Shown here in pieces: positions 9,993 to 19,022 of a DNA stretch of 64,000 nt (its first letter is position 1; each line of letters opens with the position of its first letter). The DNA lies in IMG/VR virus record IMGVR_UViG_3300017917_001562, positions 32,001-96,000 of that record, one strand, 5' to 3'. This DNA comes from a virus. Both the position numbers and the translations under genes were made by a program. The notes under the pieces are model-generated. The model was given only the letters and a program-made list of their open reading frames with translations, had not been told where the DNA came from and made no database searches.

Positions 9993-10895
9993 TTAAATAG
10001 CCATTGGTGCTTTAATTGCTTCATGGGATTTATAATCGATCAATTTGATATCTTCCATAGTAAACATAAAAATGTCTTTTATCTCATGATTTAACCATAG
10101 TTTCGGGAGATCAAGAGGTTCTCTGGACAGTTGTTCTTTTACTTGTTCTATATGATTAAGATATATATGTGCGTCTCCTAATACATGTACAAATTCGCCT
10201 ACATCTAATCCGCACACCTGTGCAATCATGTGTGTAAGCAGAGAGTATGATGCAATATTAAATGGAACACCAAGGAAAAGATCTGCACTACGCTGGTACA
10301 TTTGGCAACTCAGCTTATTATCTGCAACATAAAACTGACTGAATACATGACAGGGAGGCAGTGCCATATCGTTTAATTCGCCTGGATTCCAAGCTGTTAA
10401 AATATGCCTACGACCACTGGGATCAGCTTTAATACCCTTAATTAACTCAGTTAATTGATCGACTTCTTTGTTTACTAATTGACTGTGTCCTATTAGTTCT
10501 TTGTCTTTGGTCTGCCAGTGACGCCATTGTACGCCATATACACGACCTAAGTCGCCAGGGTATTGCGGACCTTTGGGAGGAAATTCTTTGTACTTATTAG
10601 TCCAATAAGGTGCTGTGGCATTGGCAGTCCAGATAGTGCTCTTTTCAGAGTTCCTGCTACCATGTAATATCTCTCGCAGGCGTAGTTCATCTCCCGAACC
10701 TTCAATGAACCACAGCAACTCTGACACCACTGATTTCCACGCTAGTTTTTTAGTTGTAACTGCGGGAAAGCCTTTACTTAGATCGTACCGTTGTTGCATA
10801 CCAAAACAACTAATAGTACCTACGCCCGTGCGATCTGTTTTAGTCGTGCCATTATCTAGCACAAATCTTAATGCATTTAAATATTGAGTTTCCAT
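9993..10895 (-). CDS. thyA: Thymidylate synthase
   Basis: DRTGVGT, MALPPCH, YQRSADLFLGVPFN and HIYLNH motifs. Confidence 0.97.
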   Translation of the reverse strand: METQYLNALRFVLDNGTTKTDRTGVGTISCFGMQQRYDLSKGFPAVTTKKLAWKSVVSELLWFIEGSGDELRLREILHGSRNSEKSTIWTANATAPYWTNKYKEFPPKGPQYPGDLGRVYGVQWRHWQTKDKELIGHSQLVNKEVDQLTELIKGIKADPSGRRHILTAWNPGELNDMALPPCHVFSQFYVADNKLSCQMYQRSADLFLGVPFNIASYSLLTHMIAQVCGLDVGEFVHVLGDAHIYLNHIEQVKEQLSREPLDLPKLWLNHEIKDIFMFTMEDIKLIDYKSHEAIKAPMAI

Positions 10896-10904
10896 GTGTT
10901 TATT

Positions 10905-11414
10905 TTAGACTAAAGGTCTAAAGATGTCAATGTTTTTATACACTGTCCAATTACATTTTTTATCTAAACTTGGGCAAGCACTGCGAGCTTGAAATAAACT
11001 AAGATATCGCCTCAAATCAATTTGAACATCTGTTCTATATTGGCCTTTGAAATGAGTAATATGCGCTTCGTCTACTAAGTCTTTAGTGTCTAATAGCAGT
11101 TGTGGACCACCTACGATCCATACTGTCTTATCAGGATTGTCTTGGCTTATTTTTTTAATAGCAGCCGAAACATCGCCTCTGATGGTTTTAACACCTGCAT
11201 ACCCAAACAAAGGTCTTGAAGTCACAACATAAGTTGTTCGTCCTGGTAATGGTTTAGGCATTTGAGGATCATCCCAAGTACGCCTACCCATTATAACAAT
11301 TTGGCCTTGTGTTTGTTCTTTAAAATATACTAGATCTTCTTTATGGTGCCATGGCAAGGATCCGTTAAGACCCATGCCGCCCCAATGGTCTACTGCAAAT
11401 ATACTTTTAATCAT
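10905..11414 (-). CDS. folA: Dihydrofolate reductase
   Basis: LPW, IMGRRTW, PLPGR and IVGG motifs; adjacent to thyA. Confidence 0.92.
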   Translation of the reverse strand: MIKSIFAVDHWGGMGLNGSLPWHHKEDLVYFKEQTQGQIVIMGRRTWDDPQMPKPLPGRTTYVVTSRPLFGYAGVKTIRGDVSAAIKKISQDNPDKTVWIVGGPQLLLDTKDLVDEAHITHFKGQYRTDVQIDLRRYLSLFQARSACPSLDKKCNWTVYKNIDIFRPLV

Positions 11415-11749
11415 AGTTTATTTAACAAGCGATCTGTTTCAGGTTGAACAGTTTTTTCTACCATGTCCAAGTCTACGAAAAAATCTACATTTTCAATATA
11501 CATGTCAAGTTCTTCTAGTCTTGTATTAACATGAGCTTCGAGTTCTTCGTGATCGACACCTTCGGCCAGTAACTTTTTTATATCTACTACTACGATGGTG
11601 CCGTCTTTGAGATTTACATTCAGTTTCTCTAATACTTGAATAGGAACTTCTTTTTTATCGACTTGTTTTAATATATCACGCCAGGCTGTTTTATTATTAA
11701 GATTCAGCTTTTTGGGTTTTGGCTTTTTTGGGTTTTGTTGTTGTGCCAT
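11411..11749 (-). CDS. Hypothetical protein
   Basis: ORF tiles with its neighbours. Confidence 0.65.
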   Translation of the reverse strand: MAQQQNPKKPKPKKLNLNNKTAWRDILKQVDKKEVPIQVLEKLNVNLKDGTIVVVDIKKLLAEGVDHEELEAHVNTRLEELDMYIENVDFFVDLDMVEKTVQPETDRLLNKL

Positions 11750-12383
11750 TGTTGTCAGTCGGTGTACTAGATAAGCCTTGTGCTTCTTTTTGTAATCTTT
11801 CTGCTTCAGCTAACAATTGTTTAGCTTCTGCAATCATCTTTGCCGCTTGTACTTGACGCTGAGTAGCAAGCTGCTCATCTGTCAATACATCATTAATACT
11901 TATCGTATTTACTGCCTCTGCGGGTTGACTACGACTGTTTTTAGGAGCTCTTAGTTCATTGACTGCAACATTATTACGCTTGCCTGTTAGACCACTGTTC
12001 TTGTCTAAGTCAGCAAGTTCTTTAATTGCTTCTTCACCCATGGCCATTTTATCTAAAATAGCATTTAATTCATCTAAACGAACTGTGCTTTTGACATCAG
12101 GCGTGACAATAACTTGATTGGTAGGTACTTTTTTAATCATACCTTCTTTATGTAGTGTTTGTAGTGCATTGTTACCGTCAGCAAAAGTATAACGGAACAA
12201 ATAATCACTAAACTCTTTTGCTTGTTGTCCAGACTCGCTTTCCAATGCATCCATTAATCCATCATGAATGTGACGGGGCATGGTATCGGGGTAGCAGATA
12301 AGACACATATGATCCTCGCCGGGGACCTTGCGATATAAAATAACTACCTTACGGCTGCTATGTTTTCCAACATGTTTAATCAT
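11697..12383 (-). CDS. Hypothetical protein with coiled-coil C-terminus
   Basis: AAGGA RBS before MIKHVG start. Confidence 0.7.
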   Translation of the reverse strand: MIKHVGKHSSRKVVILYRKVPGEDHMCLICYPDTMPRHIHDGLMDALESESGQQAKEFSDYLFRYTFADGNNALQTLHKEGMIKKVPTNQVIVTPDVKSTVRLDELNAILDKMAMGEEAIKELADLDKNSGLTGKRNNVAVNELRAPKNSRSQPAEAVNTISINDVLTDEQLATQRQVQAAKMIAEAKQLLAEAERLQKEAQGLSSTPTDNNGTTTKPKKAKTQKAES

Positions 12384-12606
12384 TTTGATTTCCTTGGGTT
12401 TGAGCCTCTGTAGGTTGAGGCTGTTGAATGGCACCGCTTGCTTGTAAAAAAGCAAACATGCGTTCATATATTCCACCAATAAGGGTGAATTCTTCTGGTC
12501 TAAAAGCACCGCGAGTGGATGCTAGATTTAAAATCTCTAAAGTTCTTACAAGGTCTTCTAATTGCAGTGTTACTTGAGATTGTGCTGGGCTTGTGTCGTC
12601 AGACAT
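12376..12606 (-). CDS. Hypothetical protein
   Basis: GGAG RBS and TAAATA motif upstream. Confidence 0.7.
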   Translation of the reverse strand: MSDDTSPAQSQVTLQLEDLVRTLEILNLASTRGAFRPEEFTLIGGIYERMFAFLQASGAIQQPQPTEAQTQGNQND

Positions 12607-12666
12607 TTATTCTCCGAATAATGTACAGTTATTTAATACTGTAATTGTTCGAAGAAATATTTTTTC

Positions 12667-12963
12667 TTAGCTTAAATTGTTTTCCCAAGTATTCAATTTG
12701 TCCAAAATCAGCGCAAAATGACTGGCTTCGCCGGGAATTTCAAAAGCCACACACTGTTGCATAGCGATGTGTTTATTTTCTGGATTTTCAACATAAGCAT
12801 CTCCAGCAAAAAATCTTCCGTCGCAGTTTTCATTGACCCAGTCTGTAATTTTTTTAACATTGCATCTGAGATCAAATTGAACTTTAGTAAAATGTGGCGG
12901 GCAATGATCTAGCTGTCTAAGCCCAAACACATTTAAAGGATTAACTTCACCGTACTTTAACAT
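12667..12963 (-). CDS. Hypothetical protein, distantly resembling the array family core
   Basis: DWVNENC-G...AFE-PGEASHFAL pattern. Confidence 0.65.
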   Translation of the reverse strand: MLKYGEVNPLNVFGLRQLDHCPPHFTKVQFDLRCNVKKITDWVNENCDGRFFAGDAYVENPENKHIAMQQCVAFEIPGEASHFALILDKLNTWENNLS

Positions 12964-13046
12964 ATTTGATTTTATTCTTAAGTTGTTGCATATACCATTT
13001 TACATAGGCCCAACGCTCGGGACCAAGTTTCAAAAATTTTTTAATA

Positions 13047-13517
13047 TCAAATTTCATCTTGTTTCTTGCAAAGTTCGCAAACAGTTAAAAATTGTTCGTA
13101 GGCATTACGAACTGCGGGATGAGTCATCAGCTTATCTGCTTCTTGTTCTAACGCCTTAATACCAGCTTCGGCAATATCACGGATGCTGTTGTAATGTACA
13201 TAACGACCTCGTTCGCCCATTACTTTCTTAAAGTGTTCCCATGCGTCATATTGTTCGTTAGTTAGTACTCTATTATTTTCTTCATCACGCTTCATGTCTG
13301 AAGCATCACCTATTGCCTTACACATTTTATCAGCTGCAACACGACCTGCGGCAATCATGGCTGCATAGTTTGGATTAATGTTGTAGAAGGTGCTTTGCCC
13401 ACCCGGATAACTCACGATCAAATGTGTACCTTTTGGAAGGGCATCCATTAGTGTTTGATCATATTCTGAAACAGGCTTATACCGTCGACCTACTTTTTCA
13501 TAGAATATCTTCTTCAT
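13047..13517 (-). CDS. Hypothetical protein
   Basis: 156-aa ORF. Confidence 0.7.
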   Translation of the reverse strand: MKKIFYEKVGRRYKPVSEYDQTLMDALPKGTHLIVSYPGGQSTFYNINPNYAAMIAAGRVAADKMCKAIGDASDMKRDEENNRVLTNEQYDAWEHFKKVMGERGRYVHYNSIRDIAEAGIKALEQEADKLMTHPAVRNAYEQFLTVCELCKKQDEI

Positions 13518-13794
13518 TGTCTTTACCGTTGCTGTGAGTGTTACGATGGTTGTCTATGTCTTGAAACAGTTTCTTTTCTTGGGCTGTTGGTTCTTTAAAT
13601 GTTTTTCTGGGATTACTACACATTACACATTTAGGATCTCCACAGTTCATAGCGTGGTGTTTGGCAAATCTGTGTCCTTGATGTTGATGTTCAGGTGCAC
13701 CATGCGACTTGGCAATTTTTTGTTGTTTATGAATAGCAGTTTCTTCTTGATGTAGTCGCTTGCTGTGTTTGAACTTGTCGTTGGGATCACTCAT
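13498..13794 (-). CDS. His/Cys-rich hypothetical protein
   Basis: CGDPKCVMCSNPR; RBS and sigma70 promoter upstream. Confidence 0.7.
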   Translation of the reverse strand: MSDPNDKFKHSKRLHQEETAIHKQQKIAKSHGAPEHQHQGHRFAKHHAMNCGDPKCVMCSNPRKTFKEPTAQEKKLFQDIDNHRNTHSNGKDNEEDIL

Positions 13795-13811
13795 ATTTTG
13801 TCCTTGTATTA

Positions 13812-13840
13812 ATTATATAGCCAAAACGGTTTTATGTCAA
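13812..13840 (-). promoter_or_regulatory. Sigma70-type promoter
   Basis: TTGACA-17 bp-TATAAT on the minus strand. Confidence 0.75.
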
Positions 13841-13842
13841 TG

Positions 13843-14130
13843 TTACATCCATTTTAATCTAAACCAATTGGCATCTTCTGGAGATTCAAAAGCTATTTTT
13901 ACGCCTTGAATTTTATATTCACTTTGGCAATTTTCTTTTAACCAATCTCTTTTTTGTTGACATAAATTATCTGTGACCATATGATTGGTAACATGAACAA
14001 CATATCCGGACCCAAGAGCATTGTTTACCAATGTCCACCCCGATACTTCTACCCAAACACTAAAGTCTATTTCGTATTGAACCTGCTCAGCTAGTTGATT
14101 TAGAATGTGTTCTTGTATATTATTGTTCAT
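13843..14130 (-). CDS. Array member (ends ANWFRLKWM)
   Basis: Family C-terminal motif. Confidence 0.75.
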   Translation of the reverse strand: MNNNIQEHILNQLAEQVQYEIDFSVWVEVSGWTLVNNALGSGYVVHVTNHMVTDNLCQQKRDWLKENCQSEYKIQGVKIAFESPEDANWFRLKWM

Positions 14131-14132
14131 TG

Positions 14133-14354
14133 TTAACTCCATCTAAGACAAAAAGCTGTCAGTGTCGGTTTATCGGGCAACACCACAGTCATACCTTGGA
14201 CCTTACTTTTATTTTGTTTACACCACACTTGTAGATCATCGTAGTGTATATTCCAGTATGCTATGTCTGACAGCACAATCAACAATTCGCCGCCTGTTAC
14301 TAGCGTATCAGGAATAATGAATCTTCGTCGGTGACCGTTGTCAAGTAAACTCAT
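14133..14354 (-). CDS. Array member (ends TAFCLRWS)
   Basis: Family C-terminal motif. Confidence 0.75.
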   Translation of the reverse strand: MSLLDNGHRRRFIIPDTLVTGGELLIVLSDIAYWNIHYDDLQVWCKQNKSKVQGMTVVLPDKPTLTAFCLRWS

Positions 14355-14710
14355 CTTACTAAGTTTAACATGGTTTGATATTGTTGCCAAAGATCTTGAA
14401 GTCCGGGATGTTGATGTCTAAGCCTAGTTTCTTCTTCTTGCTTATATACAATTTCTTGAATATCTCGCTTTAGGTCTACTGCATGTTGCTTTTCTTCCAA
14501 CCATTGATCGTGTTCCATTAAAGCACGAAAACGATCTTCAGGCATGTGAATTTCTACACAAGTAAGATCCTCATATGGATTATTGTTATAAATGTTTGGA
14601 TCACTGGCCCATATTTTATAATCAACTCGTCTTACTCGTCTATGCATTTTTGTACTAGGCACTACATAAGCATCATATTTGTAACAAAACTCTGTAAAAT
14701 CTTTTGTCAT
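14351..14710 (-). CDS. Hypothetical protein, not a family member, within the array
   Basis: ORF coupled to its neighbours. Confidence 0.7.
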   Translation of the reverse strand: MTKDFTEFCYKYDAYVVPSTKMHRRVRRVDYKIWASDPNIYNNNPYEDLTCVEIHMPEDRFRALMEHDQWLEEKQHAVDLKRDIQEIVYKQEEETRLRHQHPGLQDLWQQYQTMLNLVR

Positions 14711-14711
14711 T

Positions 14712-14996
14712 TTAACTCCATTTTAATAACCATAAAGCTATATCGTCTTTATGTGTAAATCCCCACCATTCTTGTTGATTATGAAAGTCGGAACTGTAAG
14801 ACAGAATTTGGCCGCGGCAATGCAAATTACACCAAGTCCAGTATTCGTTGGAAAATTTAACAGGTTTAACACAAACAAACCATTTACTGGGCTTGTGCGG
14901 TTTAACTTGTTCTGGCACCCAAAGTCCACTATCATCGTCACCAAGTCCTGGGCGAATATCGTTCCAAAATTCTTTGAACTGCTTTCGATTTATCAT
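14712..14996 (-). CDS. Array member (ends ALWLLKWS)
   Basis: ATGA-coupled start; family motif. Confidence 0.75.
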   Translation of the reverse strand: MINRKQFKEFWNDIRPGLGDDDSGLWVPEQVKPHKPSKWFVCVKPVKFSNEYWTWCNLHCRGQILSYSSDFHNQQEWWGFTHKDDIALWLLKWS

Positions 14997-15205
14997 GACC
15001 ACTTCAACAATGTTAACAAGGCTTTTTTCTCGTCTGCGAAATGCCAAGTAGTACCATAAGTGGGGCTCCTTAGATTCATATCATATGTACGCCACCAGTC
15101 TTGTTTAAACTCACCTACATAAGTTTCTAACCACTCATTAAATGATACATCTGGTACTAATGAACGATGAAGACCCTTGAGTTGACTTTGATGTATTTTA
15201 TTCAT
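14993..15205 (-). CDS. Array member (ends LLTLLKWS)
   Basis: Family motif and junction repeat. Confidence 0.75.
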   Translation of the reverse strand: MNKIHQSQLKGLHRSLVPDVSFNEWLETYVGEFKQDWWRTYDMNLRSPTYGTTWHFADEKKALLTLLKWS

Positions 15206-15207
15206 AC

Positions 15208-15438
15208 TTACGCCCATCGCAGTTTCCATATTACATATAGTTCTGGAGTCAAGTATAAAGCAGTATTACTGTCGGGATCATCTCGCATTGGTCGCCATAA
15301 ATCAGGATCTTGCACTCGGATCCACTCAAACATACCCTCGGGGGTCCTAAATCCTTCAAAGCTTGGATCATCAAAACAATATGTTTTGTATCCGTGTGTA
15401 AAAAGTTCGTAACGACCGTTGCGTGGCAAATGACTCAT
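15208..15438 (-). CDS. Array member (ends VIWKLRWA)
   Basis: Family motif. Confidence 0.75.
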   Translation of the reverse strand: MSHLPRNGRYELFTHGYKTYCFDDPSFEGFRTPEGMFEWIRVQDPDLWRPMRDDPDSNTALYLTPELYVIWKLRWA

Positions 15439-15647
15439 CGGTTTCCTTTTAAAATAAACCACACAGCATCCTGCTCACGCTCAAACCACACTGTTCGACT
15501 ACCGTAGTAGAGATAGAACTTACCAGGCGAATCCATTAACTGCAATTCACGCTTGAGTTGGGCATAGTTCCAATTTAGGTTGATTGTGCGTAGAACAGGA
15601 TGCCAGTGCTGTTGCCGAACCTTTTTATCTTTGTTCCAATATTTCAT
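15435..15647 (-). CDS. Array member (ends AVWFILKGNR)
   Basis: WFEREQDAVWFILK. Confidence 0.75.
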   Translation of the reverse strand: MKYWNKDKKVRQQHWHPVLRTINLNWNYAQLKRELQLMDSPGKFYLYYGSRTVWFEREQDAVWFILKGNR

Positions 15648-15871
15648 GACCACCTTAATATAAACCAACTCATATCTTTACGAGCATCCGGATAATCTAA
15701 AAAATAAAAATTAATTAAATCGTGTGTAATAGTATTACCATCACTGTGATATTGATTAGTAATGTAATGTGGACAGTTTTTCTTTGCCCATTGAATAGCA
15801 CTATACAAATCAAGTTTACTACGGTCTACTGTTATGTAGTTATCAGTAATCTTCATATGCCAGTTGTCCAT
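15644..15871 (-). CDS. Array member (ends SWFILRWS)
   Basis: Family motif and junction repeat. Confidence 0.75.
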   Translation of the reverse strand: MDNWHMKITDNYITVDRSKLDLYSAIQWAKKNCPHYITNQYHSDGNTITHDLINFYFLDYPDARKDMSWFILRWS

Positions 15872-16083
15872 CAACTCCACCTTAACAAAAATGCTGTATA
15901 ATCTTCTTCATGCTCAAATACCGCAGTAACAAACTTGTTGTCTTTGTCCTCGACCATTTTGCAGCCAAACTCCTGTAACCATTTTTTTCGGCTTTCTTCT
16001 AGTCCCAACGACTGAACACCAAGTGTTTCACGCCACGCACGACGAAACATTGAATGATGCTTTTTTAAATCTACTTCAATCAT
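15871..16083 (-). CDS. Array member (ends TAFLLRWS)
   Basis: Family motif. Confidence 0.75.
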   Translation of the reverse strand: MIEVDLKKHHSMFRRAWRETLGVQSLGLEESRKKWLQEFGCKMVEDKDNKFVTAVFEHEEDYTAFLLRWS

Positions 16084-16138
16084 GACCACCTCAATGCTAG
16101 CATTGTAGCATGATTTGCATATTTTCGTCTAACAAATT

Positions 16139-16221
16139 GATAAATAAAAATGCGAGTCGCGATGCGTCAACATCCACCCGCCCTAACAGTTGAAAAGGAA
16201 CTATCAGCATGAATATTTATT
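16139..16221 (+). promoter_or_regulatory. TAAATA late-type promoter plus structured leader of endonuclease gene
   Basis: Same architecture as 49839-49918, with compensatory stem changes. Confidence 0.65.
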
Positions 16222-16583
16222 CCCCGGCACGACCCCCATCTGGGTATTATGTTTACGCATATATAAGATCAAAAGATTCGAAAACAGGTAAAGCAGGGAC
16301 TCCGTATTACATTGGTAAAGGCAAGGGCAATCGAGCCACTCGACGTCACGGAAAAAACCCTATTCCAGATTTTGATTTCATAGCAATATGTGAAGAAAAT
16401 TTAACTGAAATTGGTGCATTAGCGATTGAACGATTCCTTATACGTGTTTGGGGGAGAAAAGATATCGGTACCGGAATTTTGTTAAACAGAACAGACGGCG
16501 GGGATGGGACATCGGGTAGATCAGCAGAGTCAATCTGCACCCAAACTGCGCCACCAAGGTCTACCCATCTTGGATCATTATGA
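16209..16583 (+). CDS. GIY-YIG-like homing endonuclease, probably C-terminally truncated
   Basis: YYVYAY...YYIGKG, E-rich helix, [10 protein letters not shown]; after ~16520 it reads into the antisense of the host gene. Confidence 0.7.
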   Translation: MNIYSPARPPSGYYVYAYIRSKDSKTGKAGTPYYIGKGKGNRATRRHGKNPIPDFDFIAICEENLTEIGALAIERFLIRVWGRKDIGTGILLNRTDGGDGTSGRSAESICTQTAPPRSTHLGSL

Positions 16584-16731
16584 TCTACAATTAAAGGGCC
16601 CACAGGCCACCTTACTTTGATAACAACACCAGGAACAAACCTCCACCAAAGTTTTTGCCAAATGTTTAATCCGCAAGGCAAATATCTGCCAGACGGCAAT
16701 TGAAATAAACTTTTAATTTCCCACTTAGCCA

Positions 16732-17133
16732 TTATGAATATTTCAATGCTATCATTACGGCATCTTGCTCATTGTTAGTTGCTACAAACACTTTATCCTC
16801 ACCGCCTAGTTCGTTTACTGTCCATTCCCAATCAGTAGAAGGCTCACACATAACACGATGAAACTCCCAAACAGCATTTTCACCTAAAGCACGAGCAGGC
16901 CAAAAATAATGTTTTGTATCTTCTCGCACGGTCCACCCAAACGGTTGTTCTAAGTTAAAAAACTTGTTAGGATCAACGATAACAATATGTTTAAAATTTC
17001 TAAAAATATCTTTGATACGAGTAGCACGGACATTAACGGTTTGTTCATACCATGCCTTATACTCACGCTCTGCTTTTGTATAACCAGTTGTGCGAGTAAG
17101 ATACCAATCTTTGATATTGTCGAATAAAATCAT
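16732..17133 (-). CDS. Array member (ends VMIALKYS)
   Basis: EQDAVMIALKYS. Confidence 0.75.
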   Translation of the reverse strand: MILFDNIKDWYLTRTTGYTKAEREYKAWYEQTVNVRATRIKDIFRNFKHIVIVDPNKFFNLEQPFGWTVREDTKHYFWPARALGENAVWEFHRVMCEPSTDWEWTVNELGGEDKVFVATNNEQDAVMIALKYS

Positions 17134-17136
17134 GGT

Positions 17137-17376
17137 TTATTCTGCTAATACTTCAAACAGTTCAGCATACTGTGTTTCGGGTTCATCAACGAATCCAGTA
17201 TAGACCCATACTCTGCGACAATAAACTTTTTTAAGCCACACCCAACGGTTGTTAATAGTTTTATGCGGCAACAACACAAATGTTTCAACCCAGTCGTGTT
17301 CTACCGCGGTTATGTCGCCTATGTTTGGGATAAACATTGCTCCTCTAACTATTTCTTTAAATAGGGAAAAACTCAT
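17137..17376 (-). CDS. Hypothetical protein, not a family member, within the array
   Basis: Starts at a junction ATGA; W-x-LP-K...W pattern resembles 28864-29121. Confidence 0.7.
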   Translation of the reverse strand: MSFSLFKEIVRGAMFIPNIGDITAVEHDWVETFVLLPHKTINNRWVWLKKVYCRRVWVYTGFVDEPETQYAELFEVLAE

Positions 17377-17594
17377 GCCCACCTTAACGCTAATAAAATG
17401 TAAATTTTTTCATGAACATCAAATACATTATAGTTGATATGCCATTTTTCGTCAATGTTTTGAAACCATTGTTTATCTTCCTGCTCACAGAAAGATGTTC
17501 TTAACCAAATACTAACTTCTTTTTTACAAGATATAGTATACCAAGATTCATTATTAACTATAGCCTTAGTCCTTACTTTGAAGTTAGATTTCAT
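17373..17594 (-). CDS. Array member (ends ILLALRWA)
   Basis: Family motif and junction repeat. Confidence 0.78.
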   Translation of the reverse strand: MKSNFKVRTKAIVNNESWYTISCKKEVSIWLRTSFCEQEDKQWFQNIDEKWHINYNVFDVHEKIYILLALRWA

Positions 17595-17839
17595 ACCCAC
17601 CTCAACGCAAACATAGTATATTTTTTCTCATCTACCACTGCAACCTGCACAACTTCGTATCCGTGCCTACCATATATATCTTGTTTAGGACATAGATCTA
17701 ATCTGAGCCCGGCTGTTTGTTCAATATGATACTTAAACCCAAGCATACGGTCCTCTCCAGAACTGGGCCAATCTGGGTCATATTCCATATAACATTTGTT
17801 TAGCAAACGATTTACGGATTTTGTATCTATAAATCTCAT
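17591..17839 (-). CDS. Array member (ends TMFALRWV)
   Basis: Family motif and junction repeat. Confidence 0.78.
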   Translation of the reverse strand: MRFIDTKSVNRLLNKCYMEYDPDWPSSGEDRMLGFKYHIEQTAGLRLDLCPKQDIYGRHGYEVVQVAVVDEKKYTMFALRWV

Positions 17840-18048
17840 GAGCTCCACCTCAATGCAAACATAGTTGCATCCTTGCTATTGCGGAAGTAATAATCCACAC
17901 CCTTCATTGAGGGCACTCGATTCCAGCGACCTTTAAACGGGCCCATGTTTTCGCCTAGCCATTCCTCAATCTTGTAATGCCCGGCGTGATCCATGGGCAT
18001 AGAGATAGGAATCTTTGCTGGCCAAATTTCTTTCTTTAGTTGTCTCAT
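17836..18048 (-). CDS. Array member (ends TMFALRWSS)
   Basis: Family motif and junction repeat. Confidence 0.78.
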   Translation of the reverse strand: MRQLKKEIWPAKIPISMPMDHAGHYKIEEWLGENMGPFKGRWNRVPSMKGVDYYFRNSKDATMFALRWSS

Positions 18049-18335
18049 GACCACCTCAACTCTAAGAATGTTACCATTTCCGGAGGAACTAAGAATACAC
18101 TTTCAAACCATAGGTACCATGTGAACTTTTCTCGTGAGAAATGTTCGTTCATCCACACAACCTCTGGACCTAATACATCTACGCAAACATAATCTTCATA
18201 TCCCATGGGAGGGGCACGGCCAGTATCAACACGCGGCGGAATCAGGAATGTTGATTCATATTCGGCCAACCATTTAGCGTGAGCGGCTAGTTCGTTATCC
18301 GGTATCAGAGCAACACTTTGGAAATTTACTTTCAC
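18045..18335 (-). CDS. Array member (ends TFLELRWS), GTG start
   Basis: Family motif and junction repeat. Confidence 0.75.
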   Translation of the reverse strand: MKVNFQSVALIPDNELAAHAKWLAEYESTFLIPPRVDTGRAPPMGYEDYVCVDVLGPEVVWMNEHFSREKFTWYLWFESVFLVPPEMVTFLELRWS

Positions 18336-18565
18336 GACCACCTCAACATAAACCAAGTATACGCTTGTTCATCATAAAAGTCAATATACCTATCACCGTA
18401 ACCGCTTAACGGATTTATGGGTTTGGCTATCCAAAAGTTTGCCGACCAGTCCATGAGAGCATGATTGATTTCTTCCTCGCCAAAACTATCTGGTAAAAAG
18501 TTATACCACCATCTTGGGATTTCAGATGGATGGCGATCTTCTTCAAATATCTTTATTCTAATCAT
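18332..18565 (-). CDS. Array member (ends TWFMLRWS)
   Basis: Family motif and junction repeat. Confidence 0.78.
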   Translation of the reverse strand: MIRIKIFEEDRHPSEIPRWWYNFLPDSFGEEEINHALMDWSANFWIAKPINPLSGYGDRYIDFYDEQAYTWFMLRWS

Positions 18566-18771
18566 GACCACCTCAACACAAACATCATATAATCATCTAC
18601 ACGGCGAAATTCAAATACACCTTCACTAACATAACGCCAGTTCTGTTCCTTGAATCGTCCTCTACACCATTCCATCGCAGGCAACCAGCCCCAGTGCTCA
18701 TACTCCTTGTGTGCAGGTTGAGGCACACTTGCAATAATCCAACTGTTGATAGGATTTCTTGGCAATTTCAT
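18562..18771 (-). CDS. Array member (ends MMFVLRWS)
   Basis: Family motif and junction repeat. Confidence 0.78.
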   Translation of the reverse strand: MKLPRNPINSWIIASVPQPAHKEYEHWGWLPAMEWCRGRFKEQNWRYVSEGVFEFRRVDDYMMFVLRWS

Positions 18772-19022
18772 GACCACCTCAGAATAAACATACTAGCGTC
18801 TTTTTCTTTTTCAAACATCCAGATGCTACCTCGACCTTGATGGTTACCTTGTAAGTTTTCTCTGCACCATTTTTTGATTTCGTATATCTGCGTCTCGTGC
18901 ATCCTTGCGGGCCACTTTATCTCAACCTTTGTATAGCCTAGTTTAATCATCATGTCGCACATGATTTCCCAGTCTGTTTCTTCCTGGAGGGTTTTTGCAA
19001 GGTCTTGTTTTATTATTGTCAT
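18768..19022 (-). CDS. Array member (ends SMFILRWS)
   Basis: Family motif and junction repeat; resembles 13843-14130. Confidence 0.78.
   Translation of the reverse strand: MTIIKQDLAKTLQEETDWEIMCDMMIKLGYTKVEIKWPARMHETQIYEIKKWCRENLQGNHQGRGSIWMFEKEKDASMFILRWS

Larger units (their letters stand above)
16080..16732 (-). pseudogene. Array member split by an inverted endonuclease fragment
   Basis: 5' part MAKWEIK...QIDSAD (16732 to ~16520); orphan 3' end VRRKYANHATMLALRWS* (16133-16080) carries the junction repeat. Confidence 0.65.

Noticed and set aside
9386-10895. Group I intron in thyA containing the HNH gene
   Set aside because: thyA is continuous with all motifs; the HNH gene lies after its stop with its own TAAATA motif.
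12947-13057. 36-aa minus-strand ORF MKFDIKKFLKLGPERWAY...
   Set aside because: It fills the gap between genes but has no clear RBS or motif, so support is too weak to list.
16346-16519. C-terminal part of ORF 16346-16732 as genuine protein
   Set aside because: It is the antisense of the endonuclease fragment; the likely true tail lies at 16080-16133.
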